Virus record (IMG/VR): IMGVR_UViG_3300031601_000047
Source: a virus
Strand: one strand, 5' to 3'
DNA: 21,239 nucleotides
Of this stretch, positions 1 through 8,298 are shown piece by piece. Made by a program: the position numbers and the translations under genes. Position 1 is the stretch's first letter; each line of letters opens with the position of its first letter. The notes under the pieces were generated by a model. That model searched no databases. It was not told the origin of the DNA and saw only the letters and a list, made by a program, of their open reading frames with translations.

Positions 1-1143
1 GAAGGTGAAAAAATTTCAGAAATATTATTAGGTTCTGTTAATTTAAATACTCTAGATTTATCATATCCTTTTGTTGATGTTCAAGTTGTTAATCCTATTA
101 AAGGTGTAACAAAAAATAATGAACTCATATCTGTTAAAACATCTAGAGACAAACACACATTAAAAGATGCAGTTACATATGTGAATGGATTTAAAATTGA
201 ACAATTGATTCAATTTGGAATGAGCAAATTAAATTTACAATTATATAAAAGTAAAATATTTAAAAGTCGTAATGCTATGAAACTTTCGACTGTGGTTTCA
301 AAATATCAACAATATATAAAACAATTATTTGGTGATGATATAGGTGTTTACACTTATGCGTTTAGCCATTCAATAACAATCCTTAATTTTTTAAAAAAAT
401 ACCTCAAAACAATTGAGGGAGAGGAAGATAAAGAAACAAACAAAGAAATATTGTTTGGAATTATTGTTATATTATCTGCTGTTTTTATTGATAAAAAATT
501 TAATACTAACTATTTAGAAACAATTGGAACTCGTAAAGAACCAGGCACAATATCTTTAAATATTTTACCAAAAAAACTTGAAAATATTAAAAATAGTATA
601 TTGAATTATTTTTCAACTGAAGTAACACACGATTTCAATTCTGATTATTTTGATTATGGCGAATCATTACCAAACAAATTTGATAAAATGGAAATCTCAT
701 ATTGTATTTTATTTTTCGATAAAGAAACAGATGATGGAAAAGTTGTTCTTAATTTATATAAAACTGAAAGTGTATCATTTAGCGAATTGTTTAACAATAG
801 TATGAAAATTTGGTTAAAGAAAAATTATCATAAAAGAGCACTATTAAAAAAAGAAAATTTATATTTAAATTATGAGGATGTTGTAAATGCATTTGGAGGT
901 GGTGATGTGTTTAGCACACATATTAAAGTTGAAATGGAACCTAATTGGAATTATAAAGAAAGAAGTCAAGGTGTTAAAAAATTATATGTTAAAGTTATTG
1001 ACAAAATAAAAGGTATAGAAAATGATGAAAAACAAAAAGAAATTTTAAAATTATTAAATAAATATCTTAGTAAGATTAATTCAGGTGATGATGAAATAAA
1101 AACATCTTATATAAATAAATTTAAACAATTTTTAGATGATTAA
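1..1143 (+). CDS. hypothetical protein (5' partial; frame is open to the window edge)
   Basis: The frame of ORF 181..1143 stays open with no stop back to nt 1, so the gene begins upstream of the window. I recognise no motifs. Confidence 0.5.
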   Translation, partial: EGEKISEILLGSVNLNTLDLSYPFVDVQVVNPIKGVTKNNELISVKTSRDKHTLKDAVTYVNGFKIEQLIQFGMSKLNLQLYKSKIFKSRNAMKLSTVVSKYQQYIKQLFGDDIGVYTYAFSHSITILNFLKKYLKTIEGEEDKETNKEILFGIIVILSAVFIDKKFNTNYLETIGTRKEPGTISLNILPKKLENIKNSILNYFSTEVTHDFNSDYFDYGESLPNKFDKMEISYCILFFDKETDDGKVVLNLYKTESVSFSELFNNSMKIWLKKNYHKRALLKKENLYLNYEDVVNAFGGGDVFSTHIKVEMEPNWNYKERSQGVKKLYVKVIDKIKGIENDEKQKEILKLLNKYLSKINSGDDEIKTSYINKFKQFLDD

Positions 1144-1477
1144 TTTTAAACAATTTGAAAATAAATCAGATACATATTATATAATTATAGATATGGAACG
1201 TGGAGTTATTGAAAATACTCAAGTTTATGATGATAAGAAAAGTGCTTATAATTGGATTAGAAATTTTGTACATGAAAATATATTATATATGCCTGAAGAA
1301 AGATATTATAATGAAATTAAAAATGAATTTGATCCTTATGAACTTTTAGATTTTTATAATGAAATCCAAAAAATCAATGGGTTTGAAATGCATCTTATTA
1401 AACAAACATTATCACCACAAACAAAATTAGATAAAGACTTAGAATTAAGAATGACATCTGATAAATATAATTTATAA
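1136..1477 (+). CDS. hypothetical protein
   Basis: 113-aa ORF that overlaps the stop of the upstream gene (ATGATTAA), consistent with translational coupling. Confidence 0.45.
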   Translation: MINFKQFENKSDTYYIIIDMERGVIENTQVYDDKKSAYNWIRNFVHENILYMPEERYYNEIKNEFDPYELLDFYNEIQKINGFEMHLIKQTLSPQTKLDKDLELRMTSDKYNL

Positions 1478-1524
1478 TTTTTTTAATTAAATAAACTTTT
1501 GTATTTTTGTTTTCTAATAAATAA

Positions 1525-1806
1525 ATGGAAATGAAAAATAAAAGAGAATATAGATTAATAGAACGGAAAAATATATTTCATAAAGATAAAAGATTCTTCC
1601 CTCAAGTGAAAATGAAAAAGTTTTTTGGAATGATTGGAACTTGGCGTAAAATTGGCGTACATTCCAATGGGTATGGACTTTATACTGAAAGTGATTACAA
1701 ATACCCCAAAACAAAAGTTGAAGCTGAAAAAATTTGTAAAAAATTTGACGAATGGGTAGAAGTAGAAACAAACGCAGTTAATTTTATTCATACCGTTAAA
1801 TTTTAA
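1525..1806 (+). CDS. hypothetical protein
   Basis: 93-aa ORF followed by two hairpin terminators. Confidence 0.4.
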   Translation: MEMKNKREYRLIERKNIFHKDKRFFPQVKMKKFFGMIGTWRKIGVHSNGYGLYTESDYKYPKTKVEAEKICKKFDEWVEVETNAVNFIHTVKF

Positions 1807-1837
1807 ACATGACTTTTGCATGAATAATTATTATATA

Positions 1838-1890
1838 AAACCAAAAAACGTCAGTAATTAATTTTACTTTTACTGATGTTTTTTGGTTTT
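1838..1890 (+). terminator. intrinsic terminator (long imperfect hairpin plus T-run)
   Basis: ccaaaaaacgtcagtaa...ttactgatgttttttgg, about 17 bp of stem with one G-T pair, followed by ttttg. Confidence 0.5.
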
Positions 1891-1989
1891 GTGTCCACAT
1901 TATTTTTGACTTTATATTTTTAATATATACTATTGATAACAAAAATATATGTGGACACATTTTTGTAGATTAATAAATTGAAGTAGCTT

Positions 1990-2022
1990 AAAAAACCGTT
2001 TAAAATTTTAAACGGTTTTTTT
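1990..2022. terminator. bidirectional intrinsic terminator
   Basis: Perfect palindrome aaaaaaccgtttaaaa/ttttaaacggttttttt flanked by A and T runs. It lies between convergent genes. The last four codons and the stop of the 2008..2334(-) gene sit inside the hairpin. Confidence 0.65.
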
Positions 2023-2334
2023 AATGTTATCTAATTTCCTTTTTCTTAAATATTTTTCAATATCTTTAAATTCCATCACATTTAGATAATGTTCTGGGTC
2101 TTTATTGACCACATCTGATAATCTATAACTTAAAAATGCTTCATCAAGCGAAATATCTTTTGTGCTGCAATTTATCTGGTCAGTTAAATATTCAATTTCT
2201 TCTCTAATTATTTTACACGCATTATTATCTGTTTCTCTTGTGGTCATCATAGAATGTACCATATGATCATCAAACTTCTCTAAAGCTCGTCTTTTCATAT
2301 TAAGCAATTCTTCTATATGTTTAAAATCTTCCAT
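2008..2334 (-). CDS. hypothetical protein carrying the recurrent C-terminal tail (…YLRKRKLDNIKKTV)
   Basis: 108-aa ORF whose C-terminus matches the LRKxKLxKIN tail family. Confidence 0.5.
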   Translation of the reverse strand: MEDFKHIEELLNMKRRALEKFDDHMVHSMMTTRETDNNACKIIREEIEYLTDQINCSTKDISLDEAFLSYRLSDVVNKDPEHYLNVMEFKDIEKYLRKRKLDNIKKTV

Positions 2335-2369
2335 ATAATTATTATAAAAATAAATGTCTTATGTTTAAT

Positions 2370-2406
2370 TTTTTTTAAAAACTTAGTTAATATTTTAGGT
2401 TATAAT
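2370..2406 (+). promoter_or_regulatory. candidate sigma70-like promoter (TATAAT at 2400-2405) in a divergent intergenic region
   Basis: ggTTATAAT lies 5 nt upstream of the ATG at 2411. The start would be leaderless or near-leaderless. Confidence 0.25.
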
Positions 2407-2410
2407 CATT

Positions 2411-2578
2411 ATGAAAGATCTGTTAACACAAATCAACAAAGCATCTAATATAATAAATCAAAATGCAAGAAAAGGTTCTGGTGATTTTATAGTAGTACCA
2501 CCAAAAATTGTTAATATTTTAAATGATTATAAATTAAAACAAGAACGAAGAGAAAAATTAATTAATTTTGTATCATGA
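2411..2578 (+). CDS. small hypothetical protein (55 aa; absent from the ORF track because it is under 60 aa)
   Basis: ATG at 2411. Its stop overlaps the ATG of the next gene (tcATGAat). The C-terminus LKQERREKLINFVS is a weak variant of the tail motif. Confidence 0.4.
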   Translation: MKDLLTQINKASNIINQNARKGSGDFIVVPPKIVNILNDYKLKQERREKLINFVS

Positions 2579-3072
2579 ATAAACAAAAATATTTACATAG
2601 AAAAGGACATGATGATAAAAAGTGGAAAAATCATAGCAATTGTAATAAAAATAATTGTGGTGATGAAACACCTTTTAGAGAATCTATTCGAGATAAACAT
2701 AAAAAGGAATATTTTTGGAATTGGAAAATAGGCTTAGATTTTACGCCAACTGGTGAATATATTGAAGAAAATGTGAATCGAAATTGGGATGATGTATATT
2801 CTGAGATAATTAAAAAAACAAAACCAAAATTTCGTTGGCTATTAGAAAATTTTTTAGATTATTTTTTGGCTAAAGCGGTGATAGTCGATTATATACCATA
2901 TCGATCTTCTTGGAATAGAAGTACAATAGTGTTAAACTGGGTATTTGTAGATGAAGATGGTATTTTAAGAAACTATAATACTACAAAAGAAGTAGAAGAT
3001 ATGTCTAAAAGAAAAATAAGAAGAGACAAACTTTTAAAATTACAAAAAATATCTGATGAAAGCGACATATAA
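2575..3072 (+). CDS. hypothetical protein
   Basis: 165-aa ORF coupled to the upstream small ORF. The C-terminus RKIRRDKLLKLQKI is tail-like. Confidence 0.45.
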   Translation: MNKQKYLHRKGHDDKKWKNHSNCNKNNCGDETPFRESIRDKHKKEYFWNWKIGLDFTPTGEYIEENVNRNWDDVYSEIIKKTKPKFRWLLENFLDYFLAKAVIVDYIPYRSSWNRSTIVLNWVFVDEDGILRNYNTTKEVEDMSKRKIRRDKLLKLQKISDESDI

Positions 3073-3379
3073 AAAAGGTAATATTTTAAAAATAAAAGAA
3101 AATAGTGATATAATTTTTGAAAATATATGGAATAGTCAAAAATATCCTTATGCTAAGGTGTATGATGTTCGTAAAGTGTTTAGAAAAAACCAACATGTAG
3201 GATTTGAATATCATATAGGTTCAGAAAATAAAATTCAATTTGAATATTGGGATTCTTGTCGGTTTGTAGATTTTTATGAAAAAGTGGAAACTTTTCAACA
3301 TATAAACAATAAGATTCAAGATCATTTTTATACGAATAAGGAAATGAGAAAAATGAAATTAGAAAAATTAAATTTTTAG
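3056..3379 (+). CDS. hypothetical protein with C-terminal tail (…MRKMKLEKLNF)
   Basis: 107-aa ORF ending in the tail motif. Confidence 0.5.
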   Translation: MKATYKKGNILKIKENSDIIFENIWNSQKYPYAKVYDVRKVFRKNQHVGFEYHIGSENKIQFEYWDSCRFVDFYEKVETFQHINNKIQDHFYTNKEMRKMKLEKLNF

Positions 3380-3380
3380 A

Positions 3381-3673
3381 TTAAATATTTTTCAAGAATT
3401 TATATTTCTTTAACATTTTTTTATTATATATAAATTCTTTAATTTTTTTAATATTTAAATCTGTTTTTTTAATATTATCATTTTCTAAATATGAATTTAT
3501 AAGTTTATCAACATCACTTAACATAAGATCATCAAGATGTTGATCTCTTAAATGTTCAATAATATTATATGCAATGGTTTGTAATTTATGATATAATTTT
3601 TTTCAATCTTATCTTCATTTAAAATAGATTCTTTGAAGTTTTCCCAATTTTTAATTTTCATTTTCATTTCCAT
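3381..3673 (-). pseudogene. frame-interrupted small gene. It is either a -1 slip at an A7 tract or an assembly indel
   Basis: The ATG at 3673 opens a 41-codon frame that stops just after the A7 run (plus 3597-3603). The -1 frame then continues about 84 codons to the stop at 3381. The A AAA AAT heptamer sits at the junction. Confidence 0.3.
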
Positions 3674-3710
3674 TTTTTATTATATATAAAAATCTAAATT
3701 AAATTTTTAA

Positions 3711-4007
3711 TTATTCAGCTTTTTGGTGTAAAAATATCCTTCCCGATCCATCAACCATTTCCGGTTTAAAATAGAATCTCTTATTCCAATATTTTTCCCA
3801 AGCTGATTCTTTTTCTAATATTTCAATAGTGTTATTTTTTTCAGCGGTTGATAAACATTTATCACACACACCTATTTTTATTTTTTTCATATCATGACAA
3901 CTACCATAACCTGGAGAAACATCAGCAATTACTCCAGCATAAAAAATATATCCTGATAGGTGATTTTCGGTTATTTCATTTCCACATACTATACATTTCA
4001 TAATCAA
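3711..4007 (-). CDS. small zinc-ribbon protein (CxxC…CxxC)
   Basis: MKCIVCGNE…GVCDKCLS; two CxxC pairs. Confidence 0.4.
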   Translation of the reverse strand: MIMKCIVCGNEITENHLSGYIFYAGVIADVSPGYGSCHDMKKIKIGVCDKCLSTAEKNNTIEILEKESAWEKYWNKRFYFKPEMVDGSGRIFLHQKAE

Positions 4008-4010
4008 TCT

Positions 4011-4217
4011 TTATTTTTTTATAAATTCATCAAAATCTTTCATTATTTTCTCAGTATCATTATTTGACACATACAATTTAAAATTCTTAAAATTACTTTT
4101 AAATTTATTTATAATATTACCTAACTCTTTACCTTTTAACCAAGTGTGTCTATTCATGATAATATTACCATTAAATTTTCTTGATATTTCTTGATTTATT
4201 TTATCTTCTTTTTTCAA
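4011..4217 (-). CDS. hypothetical protein. It has a TTG start, and its frame stays open upstream to 4382
   Basis: 68-aa ORF. The same frame has no stop for about 55 further codons upstream and overlaps the stop of 4375..5004. Confidence 0.35.
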   Translation of the reverse strand: MKKEDKINQEISRKFNGNIIMNRHTWLKGKELGNIINKFKSNFKNFKLYVSNNDTEKIMKDFDEFIKK

Positions 4218-4374
4218 TTTTTCAAGTTCCTGTTTTAATCCGACTTCAGGAAAATATTCATCAATTATTTTAAGATATTCTACTTTATCTTTAAATTTAA
4301 ATGATTTTTTAATATTGTGATTTTTAAGATATGAAAGAAATTCCTGATAAGTTGCTCTTTTTTTATTTCGTTTT

Positions 4375-5004
4375 CTATCTATCTATGTGATTCAAATTTT
4401 TAAATTCAAACATTTCAGAATCAAAATATTTTGAGTTTATAATCCAATTAAAAATTTCTTTTTTTGTGTCAAACCCTTGTAAATATCTATCATAATCATA
4501 TCCTAAAAATTCAAATATTTTTCTCAAATCTTTACTAATAGATATATTTTTAGAAAGTCTATTATTAAAATTTCTTATTGGTAACACCAAACCAGATTGC
4601 CCAAATTTTAAATTAAATTTGTGGGAAGTTTTACCAACTAAGTTAGAAATTGGATCATATGAATACCATTTTTTTGCAATTTCCCAATTTGAAGATTTTA
4701 TTGGAATAATATCAATTTGAAATTTATCATAATCAAATGATATAACACCATTGTTTGATATTATCTCATTAGGGTTTAAGTTTTTAATTATTACATCTTT
4801 TATATTTATATTTTTATTATAAGAATCTATTTTAATTAAGATATCCATGTCACCATGAGTTTCTTTACTATGATAACATTTTGTTAACCATATATCACCA
4901 TTTAAATTATCTTTAAGTATTGATGATATTTTAGAAAAAATTTTTTTATATTCTGATGTCGTTTTTCTTTCTGTGAAAGTATTTTTTAAAGCATGTCCTC
5001 CCAT
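4375..5004 (-). CDS. hypothetical protein, possibly a minimal nucleotidyltransferase fold (…ETHGDMDILIKI…)
   Basis: 209 aa. The GDxD-like segment resembles the NTase hG[GS]…DxD core, but the match is weak. Confidence 0.25.
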   Translation of the reverse strand: MGGHALKNTFTERKTTSEYKKIFSKISSILKDNLNGDIWLTKCYHSKETHGDMDILIKIDSYNKNINIKDVIIKNLNPNEIISNNGVISFDYDKFQIDIIPIKSSNWEIAKKWYSYDPISNLVGKTSHKFNLKFGQSGLVLPIRNFNNRLSKNISISKDLRKIFEFLGYDYDRYLQGFDTKKEIFNWIINSKYFDSEMFEFKNLNHIDR

Positions 5005-5046
5005 TATTTATTTTATTTTTATTTTGAATGTTATATTTACAAATAG

Positions 5047-5361
5047 TTAACGATTAAAATTTCGTTTAATTCCACGCAATTCTTTTAATGATGCTATTAT
5101 ACTTATAAATAAAGGCGTTTTAATTAAATTCTCATTTAGTGTTTCAATAGCTTTTATTTGTGAATCTATATCAGTTTTACCACTATCTTTTAAAAGAACA
5201 TTAACAACCGATGACAAACGTTCAATATCTCCTCTTGTTACTTTTAACTGAGATTTGATTCCAGATTGTTCAAACGTCAATATCGGTGTCCATGTAACTT
5301 CATCAATCTTGTGAGTTATTGTTAATCCAATCTTATCTAAATATTCTTTTTCATATCTCAT
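5047..5361 (-). CDS. hypothetical protein
   Basis: 104-aa ORF. Confidence 0.4.
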   Translation of the reverse strand: MRYEKEYLDKIGLTITHKIDEVTWTPILTFEQSGIKSQLKVTRGDIERLSSVVNVLLKDSGKTDIDSQIKAIETLNENLIKTPLFISIIASLKELRGIKRNFNR

Positions 5362-5623
5362 TTATCTCATTTATTTTATCAAGTTTTTCTTTTCGTTCTT
5401 TTCTTAATTTTTCTATTCTTATTCTTTCGATTTCATGTTCAACCCACCGAACATTTTTAAACCCTGGGTTTGAAACTATATCATAAGTATATATCTTTTT
5501 TATTTTTACTTCACCCTCCAAATTTTTGCTAATTTTCTTTTTCGTTCTTCTCTTTTTATTTTTTCTTCTTTTCGTTTGTTAAGTTTAATTATTTCTTTTT
5601 TCAAAGTATTTTCTGGATATATT

Positions 5624-5809
5624 CTACCGTTTCTGCTCATTTATTTTATCTATTTTTTCTTTTCTTAATCTTCTTTTTTTTTCAATTTTTTGTTTTTTAA
5701 CCAAATCACACCATTCATTCATAACCGTTTGAACAGAAGCTTCATTTTCATATTTTTTTGGTAATTTAGTTTCTATTTCAAATTCAATATTATCTATTTT
5801 TATTTTCAT
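5624..5809 (-). CDS. small hypothetical protein with C-terminal tail (…RRLRKEKIDKINEQKR)
   Basis: 61 aa. The tail motif is at the C-terminus. Confidence 0.4.
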   Translation of the reverse strand: MKIKIDNIEFEIETKLPKKYENEASVQTVMNEWCDLVKKQKIEKKRRLRKEKIDKINEQKR

Positions 5810-5839
5810 TTTCCTTTTTCATATTTGTTTACTTTATAT

Positions 5840-5995
5840 TTATACATATTCTTTATTTATTTTATCTAATTTCATTTTACGCAACTTCTTTAAGTAATAC
5901 TTAGCATTACCCTGATACTCACAAACACGATTTCCCTGAAAATTAGTCGTACCAAGTCCATAACGTATTCCAAAAATTATTCTTACTCTCATCAT
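5840..5995 (-). CDS. small ORF (51 aa) ending …YYLKKLRKMKLDKINKEYV. It is probably the frameshifted C-terminus of 5943..6149
   Basis: Not in the track. It overlaps 5943..6149 in another frame, and an A5/T5 homopolymer sits at the junction. Confidence 0.3.
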   Translation of the reverse strand: MMRVRIIFGIRYGLGTTNFQGNRVCEYQGNAKYYLKKLRKMKLDKINKEYV

Positions 5996-6149
5996 ATATA
6001 ATATTTATAACCTGATGTTCAGACACAATACCAGGTATCATGTTAGATAAGTAATTTATTAATTCTTCATTAACACCTAATGAGTTTAAATACTTTACAA
6101 AATTATTATCGTAATCTATATTCCAATATACATATCTCATAATGTCCAT
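5943..6149 (-). CDS. hypothetical protein (probably the N-terminal part of a tail-bearing protein)
   Basis: 68-aa ORF. Confidence 0.35.
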   Translation of the reverse strand: MDIMRYVYWNIDYDNNFVKYLNSLGVNEELINYLSNMIPGIVSEHQVINIIYDESKNNFWNTLWTWYD

Positions 6150-6235
6150 TCAATTTCTTCTACCTTTTTCTGAGTGTAAAAAAACTCAGCAAACTTCCTT
6201 ATTATCCCATAAAAACGCATAAAACTCCGTTTTAT

Positions 6236-6391
6236 TTATTTACTATTTCCTTTATTATTATTTCCTTTATTATGATGATACACTATAACATTTTTAATAC
6301 GAATAGTATTAGTAATACCTACTCTTTTAAGTATAGTTATAAACTCAGTTTTTTTGTTAATTTTTTTTTCTTCTTTTTGTGTATCGTTCAT
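6236..6391 (-). CDS. small hypothetical protein (51 aa)
   Basis: Its ATG lies 1 nt after the stop of 6393..6737 (TAATATG). It contains a 15-bp tandem duplication (tatttcctttattat x2, 6241-6270) that encodes NKGNNNKGN. Confidence 0.25.
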   Translation of the reverse strand: MNDTQKEEKKINKKTEFITILKRVGITNTIRIKNVIVYHHNKGNNNKGNSK

Positions 6392-6392
6392 A

Positions 6393-6737
6393 TTATTTTT
6401 TATTTATTTCATCTAATTTTTCTTTTCTTAATCTCCTTATAATATCAAATGTATTAAAATTACATCTATAATTCCAATTTTCTATATTATCATGATAAAA
6501 ACCATCGTCAGTATATGTGAGAATAAAAGTTTTATTATTCTTATCTTTTATAGTAAGAACCAAAGGGTTGTTTAAACCTTTTGAAAATTTATTATGATGT
6601 TCTTCATTAAAAGGATATTCGCCAAATTTATTAATAGTCAAAATTCGATATCTCCCATTCTTTTCAAAACTTGAATCATTAGGACCTGAAAATATAATCA
6701 AATCCCCAATTTTAATATTAAATGATGATTGACTCAT
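6393..6737 (-). CDS. hypothetical protein with C-terminal tail (…RRLRKEKLDEINKK)
   Basis: 114 aa. Confidence 0.45.
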   Translation of the reverse strand: MSQSSFNIKIGDLIIFSGPNDSSFEKNGRYRILTINKFGEYPFNEEHHNKFSKGLNNPLVLTIKDKNNKTFILTYTDDGFYHDNIENWNYRCNFNTFDIIRRLRKEKLDEINKK

Positions 6738-7167
6738 TTAGGAAATCATAATAATTTTTTGATATCCAATCCTTACCTTCTAATATGAAGTTTTTATATT
6801 CTGGTGTCGTTTTCAATTGCCTTGGTGATGTCCAACCAAAGTTTGCGATATACACTACCCCTTCAATAGTCGTACCATTAGATAGTCTTAAATTGAGCAT
6901 TTCACGGGAATAGTGCTTAGGTGCGCCCTCAAACCGATCTAACATTTGGAGTTCATTATCTTCAACTTCATAAAGAATTCCTTCAACAATTGAACCTTCT
7001 TTTGGTTTCACATTAGCATAACCAATTTTAGGATTTTTGTAAGATCGTTTATTTATTATAAACTCATAATTATCTAAAAATGCCACTTGTTTATGTGTAG
7101 GTATTAAACCTCTTTTTTCCATTCTGAGTTGACTCATGTTACTCCCATATGCATAATAAAAAGCCAT
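6718..7167 (-). CDS. gamma-glutamyl cyclotransferase-like (AIG2/GGCT family) protein
   Basis: The N-terminal MAFYYAYGSNMS (the YxYGSNM signature) and the downstream EG…LYEV…L…EG…Y pattern are typical of GGCT/AIG2. Confidence 0.65.
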   Translation of the reverse strand: MAFYYAYGSNMSQLRMEKRGLIPTHKQVAFLDNYEFIINKRSYKNPKIGYANVKPKEGSIVEGILYEVEDNELQMLDRFEGAPKHYSREMLNLRLSNGTTIEGVVYIANFGWTSPRQLKTTPEYKNFILEGKDWISKNYYDFLNESIII

Positions 7168-7169
7168 AA

Positions 7170-7337
7170 TTATTGAATTCTTTTAATTATTACACCTTCA
7201 GTCATTTCATACATTTCCTCACCAACATTCAATTTTCTTACTTGCATATTGAACATTTCTGAAAATGTAGGTAATTTTTCTTCTATCATGTTTTCTTTCT
7301 TACCACTTTTGTAGTAAACTTCATATTTTTTATCCAT
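7170..7337 (-). CDS. small hypothetical protein (55 aa)
   Basis: ATG at 7337. Its stop lies 2 nt before the ATG of the GGCT gene. Confidence 0.25.
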   Translation of the reverse strand: MDKKYEVYYKSGKKENMIEEKLPTFSEMFNMQVRKLNVGEEMYEMTEGVIIKRIQ

Positions 7338-7412
7338 ACAATGTTTTATTTTATTATAACTTAAAAATTATTAAATGTTTTAATTTTATCTAAATGACTA
7401 ATTGATTATTTT

Positions 7413-8252
7413 TTATAGATTAAAAATAAAATTTAGACATTCTAATATCACTTTATCTTTATTTTCTAAATAATCTTTTTCCCATATGACTTTAACGTTG
7501 AAACCTTTTTTGATTGCTTTATTTATTTTTATATTATCTTCTTTCCAAATGTTACCTGCACTTTTATCTAAAAATTTTAAAGGAATATCATTTTCATTAT
7601 ATAATTTTGGATTAGCATGAAATTTATCACCATTAAATTCTATCACTTTTTTATTATCTATTATAACAAAATCATAATTTTTTTTACTAACACAAGAATA
7701 TTCATGATTTAATTCTGCAAAATATATCTTATCGAATTTGTGTTTAATAATCTTATATAATTCCCAAAACACTTCTTGTGAAATTTTTGAATAATTATTT
7801 TTATTAATTTTATTATATATTTTAAAATAAGAGGTTTTTGATATTTTTTTGCTTCTTTCTTTATATTTTTTTCTACCTTCCTTTTCTCCATACTTCTTAA
7901 TAAACCAATCAATTGAAAATACACCTTGCATATTTTTAATGAAATTATCATATTTATCTCCTAATATTTCTTTTCTTGTTTTTCCTTTTATGGAATCTGT
8001 ATATTTTTTTATACCAGACATTTGTTTTTGTCTATTTGATTTCCTATTTTTTTCTTTTTCTTCATCAAATTCTTTATTAATTTTAATTAAATTAATATTA
8101 AAAAAATCTAATAGATAATCAGAATATGATAAGTTGTGCTGATTTTTAATATGAGATGCTAATCCTGAAATGCTTTTAAGTTTCTTATTACATATTTTAC
8201 ATTTAGTAGATATATTTATTTTGACTTTACTTTTAATTTTAGTGTGGATCAT
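7413..8252 (-). CDS. C2H2-type zinc-finger plus Vsr/DUF559-like PD-(D/E)xK endonuclease domain protein
   Basis: N-terminal CKICNKKL…HIKNQH. The C-terminus is YDFVIIDNKKVIEFNGDKFH … KGFNVKVIWEKD, which matches the DUF559/Vsr pattern D…(I/V)E(F/L)(D/N)G..H … G(Y/F)xV(L/K)(R/V)(F/I)WE. Confidence 0.5.
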   Translation of the reverse strand: MIHTKIKSKVKINISTKCKICNKKLKSISGLASHIKNQHNLSYSDYLLDFFNINLIKINKEFDEEKEKNRKSNRQKQMSGIKKYTDSIKGKTRKEILGDKYDNFIKNMQGVFSIDWFIKKYGEKEGRKKYKERSKKISKTSYFKIYNKINKNNYSKISQEVFWELYKIIKHKFDKIYFAELNHEYSCVSKKNYDFVIIDNKKVIEFNGDKFHANPKLYNENDIPLKFLDKSAGNIWKEDNIKINKAIKKGFNVKVIWEKDYLENKDKVILECLNFIFNL

Positions 8253-8298
8253 AACATAACTTTCTTTATTCTATATATAAAAATAAAAAGTTATGTTT

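Noticed and set aside
1514-1821. Minus-strand ORFs 1514..1771 and 1555..1821 overlapping the plus-strand ORF 1525..1806
   Set aside because: They are antisense shadow frames of F/L/I-rich low complexity, typical of AT-rich DNA. The plus ORF has the downstream terminators.
7709-8118. ORFs 7709..7951(-) and 7849..8118(+) inside the endonuclease gene
   Set aside because: They are shadow frames within a longer ORF with recognisable domains.
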